A stretch of 51,982 bases of DNA from Bacillota bacterium (lineage in GTDB: Bacteria > Bacillota > DTU025). The DNA lies in contig DAOPWT010000001.1 in the NCBI GenBank assembly GCA_035351775.1, forward strand, positions 1 to 51,982, written 5' to 3'. Under the pieces are notes generated by a model. That model did no database searches. It was given only the letters and a program-made list of their open reading frames with translations, and was not told the origin of the DNA. Below, in pieces: positions 45,626-51,982 of the stretch. A program made the translations under genes and the position numbers. Every line of letters starts with the position of its first letter. Position 1 is the first letter of the stretch.

Positions 45626-46141
45626 ATGACATCAAAATCGCATGATGAGTGCGCCGAACAACACGGTCGCGAGCAGCAGTGCTGTCGCGGCGAGGAGGCC
45701 GGCCTTGAGGAGGCTCAGGCAAAGGCCGCCGAGAACTGGGACCTCTATCTGCGCGCACGCGCAGACCTGGAGAACTACCAGCGCCGCGTGGCGCGGGACC
45801 TGGAGTACAACATCAGGTGCGGCAAACGCGATCTGATCCTGCGCATCCTGGGAATCGTCGACGACATGGAAAGAGCGCTGGCGGCCGATGCGGACTACGA
45901 CTCGCTGCACAGCGGTGTAGATATGATCATGCGCAAGCTCCTCGATGTGCTGGGTGCTGAAGGAGTCCGGCAGATCGAGGCCGTGGGCCAGCCATTCGAC
46001 CCGCGGTTCCACGACGCCGTCGCAGCCTGTGAAGATCCCACCGTAGAAACGGAAACCGTCGTGGACGACCTGAGACGCGGGTACACGTACGGGGATGATT
46101 GCTTGAGGCCCACCATGGCCCGCGTGGCGAAACCGTGCTGA
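45626..46141 (+). CDS. grpE: Nucleotide exchange factor GrpE
   Basis: ADLENYQRRVARD and the C-terminal GYTYGDDCLRPTMARV match the GrpE pattern. 171 aa. Confidence 0.9.
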   Translation: MTSKSHDECAEQHGREQQCCRGEEAGLEEAQAKAAENWDLYLRARADLENYQRRVARDLEYNIRCGKRDLILRILGIVDDMERALAADADYDSLHSGVDMIMRKLLDVLGAEGVRQIEAVGQPFDPRFHDAVAACEDPTVETETVVDDLRRGYTYGDDCLRPTMARVAKPC

Positions 46142-46187
46142 TGCAGCCGGGCGGGCAGTCTGACGGTGTGTGCCCTGGAGATAGACG

Positions 46188-47231
46188 ATGGAGTTCAGAG
46201 ATTACTACAAGACGCTTGGCGTGTCCAAGACGGCCAGCGATAAAGAGATAAAATCTGCCTACCGGAAGTTGGCGCGCAAGTACCATCCGGACGTCAACCC
46301 CGGCGACAAGTCCGCCGAATCGCGCTTCAAGGAAGTCGCCGAGGCGTATGAGGTGCTGTCTGATCCCGACAAGCGCCGAAGATACGATGAGGTTGGGGCC
46401 GATTGGGAGCACTACTCCAAGGCCGGTGCGGGTGCCGGTGCCGGATGGCCTCCGGGCGGGTTCGGGCGCACCCAACCAGGGTACAAGCGAACCACGTTCA
46501 CCTTCGGCAACCTGTCGGACGCCGACTTCAGCGATTTCTTCAAACAGTTCTTCGGAGGGTTCGATATCGACGGCGGCGTCTTTGGGCAGCGTGTTCGCGA
46601 ACCTGAGGCGGCCCAGCGGCACCCGGCGCGTCGCGATATCGAACACGAGATCGAGATCGGCCTTGAGGAAGCGTACCGTGGCGGCGAGCGTTCGTTTGAG
46701 CTGGTGGATCCGGACGGGTCAAGGAGAAGGATCGCGGTGACCATACCGGCAGGCGTCCGAAACGGAAGCAAGCTGCGCGTGGCAGGTGAAGGCACGGGCA
46801 GGGCCGGGGCGCGGGGCGATCTCTACCTGAAGGTGATCATTCGCCCTCACCCCCGTTTCGAATTGCGCGGCAACGACCTTCACACCGTGGTAGACGTTCC
46901 GGTAACCGTCGCGGCGCTGGGAGGCGAGGTCGCTTCGCCCACGTTGGGTGGCGCGAATGTGTCGCTCACGATCCCTGCTGAAACCCAGAACGGTCGCGTA
47001 TTGCGGCTTCGTGGCCTCGGCATGCCGTCCGTGCGAGGAGAAGGCCGGGGTGACCTGCTTGTGCAGGTGAGCCTGACAATGCCAAGAGGCTTGACCGATC
47101 GCGAGCGAGAGCTCTTTCGGGAGCTCGCCTCGCTGCGAGGGGATAAGGTCGGCACCGGGCCGAGCGCCGCCTCAGCCGCCGCGACAGGCGCCGCCTCAGG
47201 CGCCGGCGAAAACGCGACCAGAAGCAGATAA
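46188..47231 (+). CDS. dnaJ: J-domain co-chaperone (DnaJ/CbpA-type, lacks the Cys-rich zinc-finger domain)
   Basis: [23 protein letters not shown]-domain, a G-rich linker and C-terminal substrate-binding domains. No CxxCxGxG repeats anywhere in the 347 aa. Confidence 0.9.
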   Translation: MEFRDYYKTLGVSKTASDKEIKSAYRKLARKYHPDVNPGDKSAESRFKEVAEAYEVLSDPDKRRRYDEVGADWEHYSKAGAGAGAGWPPGGFGRTQPGYKRTTFTFGNLSDADFSDFFKQFFGGFDIDGGVFGQRVREPEAAQRHPARRDIEHEIEIGLEEAYRGGERSFELVDPDGSRRRIAVTIPAGVRNGSKLRVAGEGTGRAGARGDLYLKVIIRPHPRFELRGNDLHTVVDVPVTVAALGGEVASPTLGGANVSLTIPAETQNGRVLRLRGLGMPSVRGEGRGDLLVQVSLTMPRGLTDRERELFRELASLRGDKVGTGPSAASAAATGAASGAGENATRSR

Positions 47232-47248
47232 CAAGGAGGGTTGGCTAC

Positions 47249-49870
<2,622 letters not shown>

Positions 49871-49939
49871 GTTGTATTGCGTGTTTGGGGCCAACATGGT
49901 ATTGTTGCCTTACCAACTCGCGATCGAGGTGATCGGTGT

Positions 49940-50185
49940 ATGACCTATGCAAAGGCTAGGCTGTCCAGTAAGCGCCAAATCGCGATCCCCGCTGACATTG
50001 TCAGAGAGCTGGGCCTCAAGCAGGGTCAGGATTTCATCGTTCGCTGCGACGGCGCAAGGATCATACTCACTCCCGAGCCGGAGTCATACACGCGCAGATT
50101 CGCCGGCGCGCTGCGTGGGGTATACGGCGATGCTGCCGAAATACGCGACTATCTGAGGAAGGAGCGCGCTTCGTGGGACGAGTAG
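49940..50185 (+). CDS. vapB: AbrB/MazE/SpoVT-family antitoxin (VapB-like)
   Basis: SSKRQIAIPADIVRELGLKQGQ is a SpoVT/AbrB swapped-hairpin motif. 81 aa. ATG follows GAGGTGA. It overlaps the PIN gene start. Confidence 0.8.
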   Translation: MTYAKARLSSKRQIAIPADIVRELGLKQGQDFIVRCDGARIILTPEPESYTRRFAGALRGVYGDAAEIRDYLRKERASWDE

Positions 50186-50649
50186 ACGATGCTGATCACC
50201 TGACTAGACTCAGAGAGCTCCTGTCAGGATCCAGCCAGGTCATTCTGGACACGAATGCACTGATCTACTTCCTTCAGGGAACCGCCCCCTACTTCGATCT
50301 CGTTCAAGCACTGTTTGACGAGATCGAAGCGGGGCGCCTAAGGTGCGGCGTATCCGTCATATCCGAGCTTGAGCTGCTCGTCAAGCCAATCAGAGACTCG
50401 AAGTTTGACGCTCTGGATGAGATCTCGCTCTTCCTGTACGGATTCCCCAATCTCCAGGTATTCCCGGTCAGTCGCGAAACGGCCGCAGAGGCCGCCCGAA
50501 TTCGCGCTGTCACCGGGCTCGGAGTAGCTGACTCGATCATTGCTGCGACCGCGGTCGTCGAAGCGTTCGACTGCATAGTCGGCAACGATAGAGAATGCGC
50601 GAAACGATTTGCCGATACTCCCTATCTCCTACTCGATGACTTCGCGTAG
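50173..50649 (+). CDS. vapC: PIN-domain ribonuclease toxin (VapC-like)
   Basis: ILDTNALIYF (first acidic PIN residue) with later E/D residues (SELE, ADSIIAAT). GTG start 8 nt after AGGAAGGAG. 13-nt overlap with vapB. Confidence 0.8.
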   Translation: MGRVDDADHLTRLRELLSGSSQVILDTNALIYFLQGTAPYFDLVQALFDEIEAGRLRCGVSVISELELLVKPIRDSKFDALDEISLFLYGFPNLQVFPVSRETAAEAARIRAVTGLGVADSIIAATAVVEAFDCIVGNDRECAKRFADTPYLLLDDFA

Positions 50650-50691
50650 GAACCGGCGTGCTGTCCGTGCGGTCGTGGGCAGAGCCCATCG

Positions 50692-51777
50692 CTAGCTACT
50701 CAAAAGATGCCTGCGAATGAATGCCGCCGCTCGCTCAAGAATGCACTCTGGAGCAACCCAGAAATCCGGAAGGAACCCGATCCCGTCAATACTGGTCCCA
50801 CTCGCGTTTAGCTTTAGAAGAGTTGGCACCCATACCCCTAGTCTCGAATACGGCAACACGAACATACCGACGTTTCCCGTCTGGTAAGCCCCGCTAGTGT
50901 TGATTCCCATGAACACCACGTTATCCATGTGGCGCAGGTAGTCTATGAGACCCTCAGTCGCACTGGCGCAATACGAGTCCATCAGCACAACAAGTACCGG
51001 CTTGTTGGCCGCAAAGACCTCGCTTGACTGACCTATCACACTCCAACCGGGGTTATTCGGGTCCGGCGGGCTGCGCCGCTGACCGTCTTCGGGTCCGCTA
51101 CCCAAGCGCCTCTTCGTGTTGTCCCTGAGTATCATGGCAGTACTCGTCTTCAACTCTGCGCCTGCCCCCAGCGGTCCCGGGTTCTTCAGAGTAAGGCGTA
51201 GGCACCACTGCTTGGCGAACATCTCGTCGCCTCCCCGGTTTGACCGAAGATCCAGGATGACAACACTCTCGTACCATAGCCGCTCGGCGTCTCGTACGAA
51301 CATGTCCATCGATTCCCTGCTGTCTCCCACTGGCAAGAAGGCCCTGCACTTCGCAAGGGGTATCCCCTCCAGATCGGTCAGTTCGTAGGGCAAGCCGCGA
51401 GTTTCAGGGGTTTCGGAGCGGACTGGAGACAACTGCACAGACTGCCGACTTCCATCCCCGAATTCAAGCACTATACCGGCAGACTGGGCATCACTAGGCA
51501 CCAGCAACCCCGGAACGTAGACAATATCACCGGCTCCGCTAATAGACGCCTTCATGTAATCGGACGGGATGCAGCTGTCTACTCTAGCTAGCGTTCTGCC
51601 ATCGATTGCCACGAACTCTCCCTTGTCGTTACGCACAAACTCAATGGAGAAATCGGCGTACAGCCGAAACCTCTTGCACAGCGCTCTGCTGCCGATAGCA
51701 AAATGCCCATCCTGGACAAAACCGAGGCAATCCACCTTGAACCTCCCACGACTGAAGTCGCGGGATTCCTGCTTCAT
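50692..51777 (-). CDS. Peptidase S41 family protein without a signal peptide
   Basis: VVILDLRSNRGGD and VLMDSYCASATEG (S41 serine motif region). 361 aa with a hydrophilic N-terminus. GC content is visibly lower than in neighbouring genes. Confidence 0.7.
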   Translation of the reverse strand: MKQESRDFSRGRFKVDCLGFVQDGHFAIGSRALCKRFRLYADFSIEFVRNDKGEFVAIDGRTLARVDSCIPSDYMKASISGAGDIVYVPGLLVPSDAQSAGIVLEFGDGSRQSVQLSPVRSETPETRGLPYELTDLEGIPLAKCRAFLPVGDSRESMDMFVRDAERLWYESVVILDLRSNRGGDEMFAKQWCLRLTLKNPGPLGAGAELKTSTAMILRDNTKRRLGSGPEDGQRRSPPDPNNPGWSVIGQSSEVFAANKPVLVVLMDSYCASATEGLIDYLRHMDNVVFMGINTSGAYQTGNVGMFVLPYSRLGVWVPTLLKLNASGTSIDGIGFLPDFWVAPECILERAAAFIRRHLLSS

Positions 51778-51982
51778 CGACCATTGCCATTGCTGGTCTT
51801 ACACGGTTTCCACAGGCGTAACTTCCGGCAGTTCCTGCCGTACGGACTAATGCTAAACCGCGTTTACAATACGCAGTCCTTCTTCTAGGATGTTCCTGGC
51901 AGCGTTTACATCCCTATCATGGCGCGTGCCGCAGTTCGGGCAATCCCACTCACGAACTGCTAGGTTCTTTGTTTCGCTATTC
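51778..51982 (-). mobile_element. Right end of an IS200/IS605-type element (tnpB 3' end plus subterminal hairpin/omega-RNA region)
   Basis: Downstream of the tnpB stop is the hairpin CGGCAG-TTC-CTGCCG (51826-40 on the plus strand). The element must end within about 75 nt, before the S41 start codon at 51777. Confidence 0.6.
51853..51982 (-). CDS. tnpB: C-terminal end of an IS200/IS605-family TnpB (OrfB) RNA-guided nuclease (partial, runs off the right edge)
   Basis: The minus-strand translation ..[42 protein letters not shown] shows the zinc-ribbon CPxCG..HDRDxNAAxNI signature of TnpB/OrfB. Confidence 0.8.
   Translation of the reverse strand, partial: NSETKNLAVREWDCPNCGTRHDRDVNAARNILEEGLRIVNAV

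Overview
51,982-bp high-GC (about 60-65% by eye) bacterial chromosomal segment. It is densely coding, with about 42 protein genes. I recognised no rRNA, tRNA or CRISPR array. CotF-type spore-coat genes and strong AGGAGG ribosome-binding sites suggest a high-GC endospore-forming Firmicute-like organism (inference).

Left to right:
- Repeat-rich non-coding DNA (1-820).
- An ECF S-component with a hairpin-rich leader, a 3'-truncated kinase-like gene, a secreted VWA/Ig-repeat protein and a DUF255 thioredoxin-like protein.
- A second, inverted copy of the repeat plus gene remnants (6560-7455).
- A heterodimeric ABC exporter pair, a HAD phosphatase, two spore-coat genes, ychF, a phosphoribosyltransferase and a TGS-uridine-kinase.
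- An ArsR plus ABC-2 exporter module and a zinc-ribbon protein.
- A long minus-strand array: pepT, flavodoxin, DRG-like GTPase, pullulanase, pepF, MATE, Na/Pi symporter, membrane HD-GYP, an unannotated 30-codon ORF and an unknown 216-aa protein.
- DMT and Cof-HAD genes.
- A tightly coupled AMMECR1 / thioester alpha-2-macroglobulin / VanW operon.
- A CDF transporter with a structured leader, and a secreted phosphodiesterase.
- An hspR-dnaK-hsp20-grpE-dnaJ(no zinc finger)-clpB heat-shock operon.
- A lower-GC right end with vapBC, a signal-less S41 peptidase and the 3' end of an IS200/IS605-type tnpB.

Most noteworthy:
1. A diverged inverted pair of a hairpin-rich ~350-500 bp repeat brackets a 6-kb cassette. 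One copy carries a self-related nested insertion.
2. The A2M operon has VanW and a membrane-anchored AMMECR1 where a PBP1C partner is usual.
3. There are candidate cis-regulatory RNAs upstream of the ECF-S and CDF genes.
4. A small signal-peptide-like ORF lies next to the HD-GYP gene.

All functional calls rest on motif recognition by eye. No database search was run.
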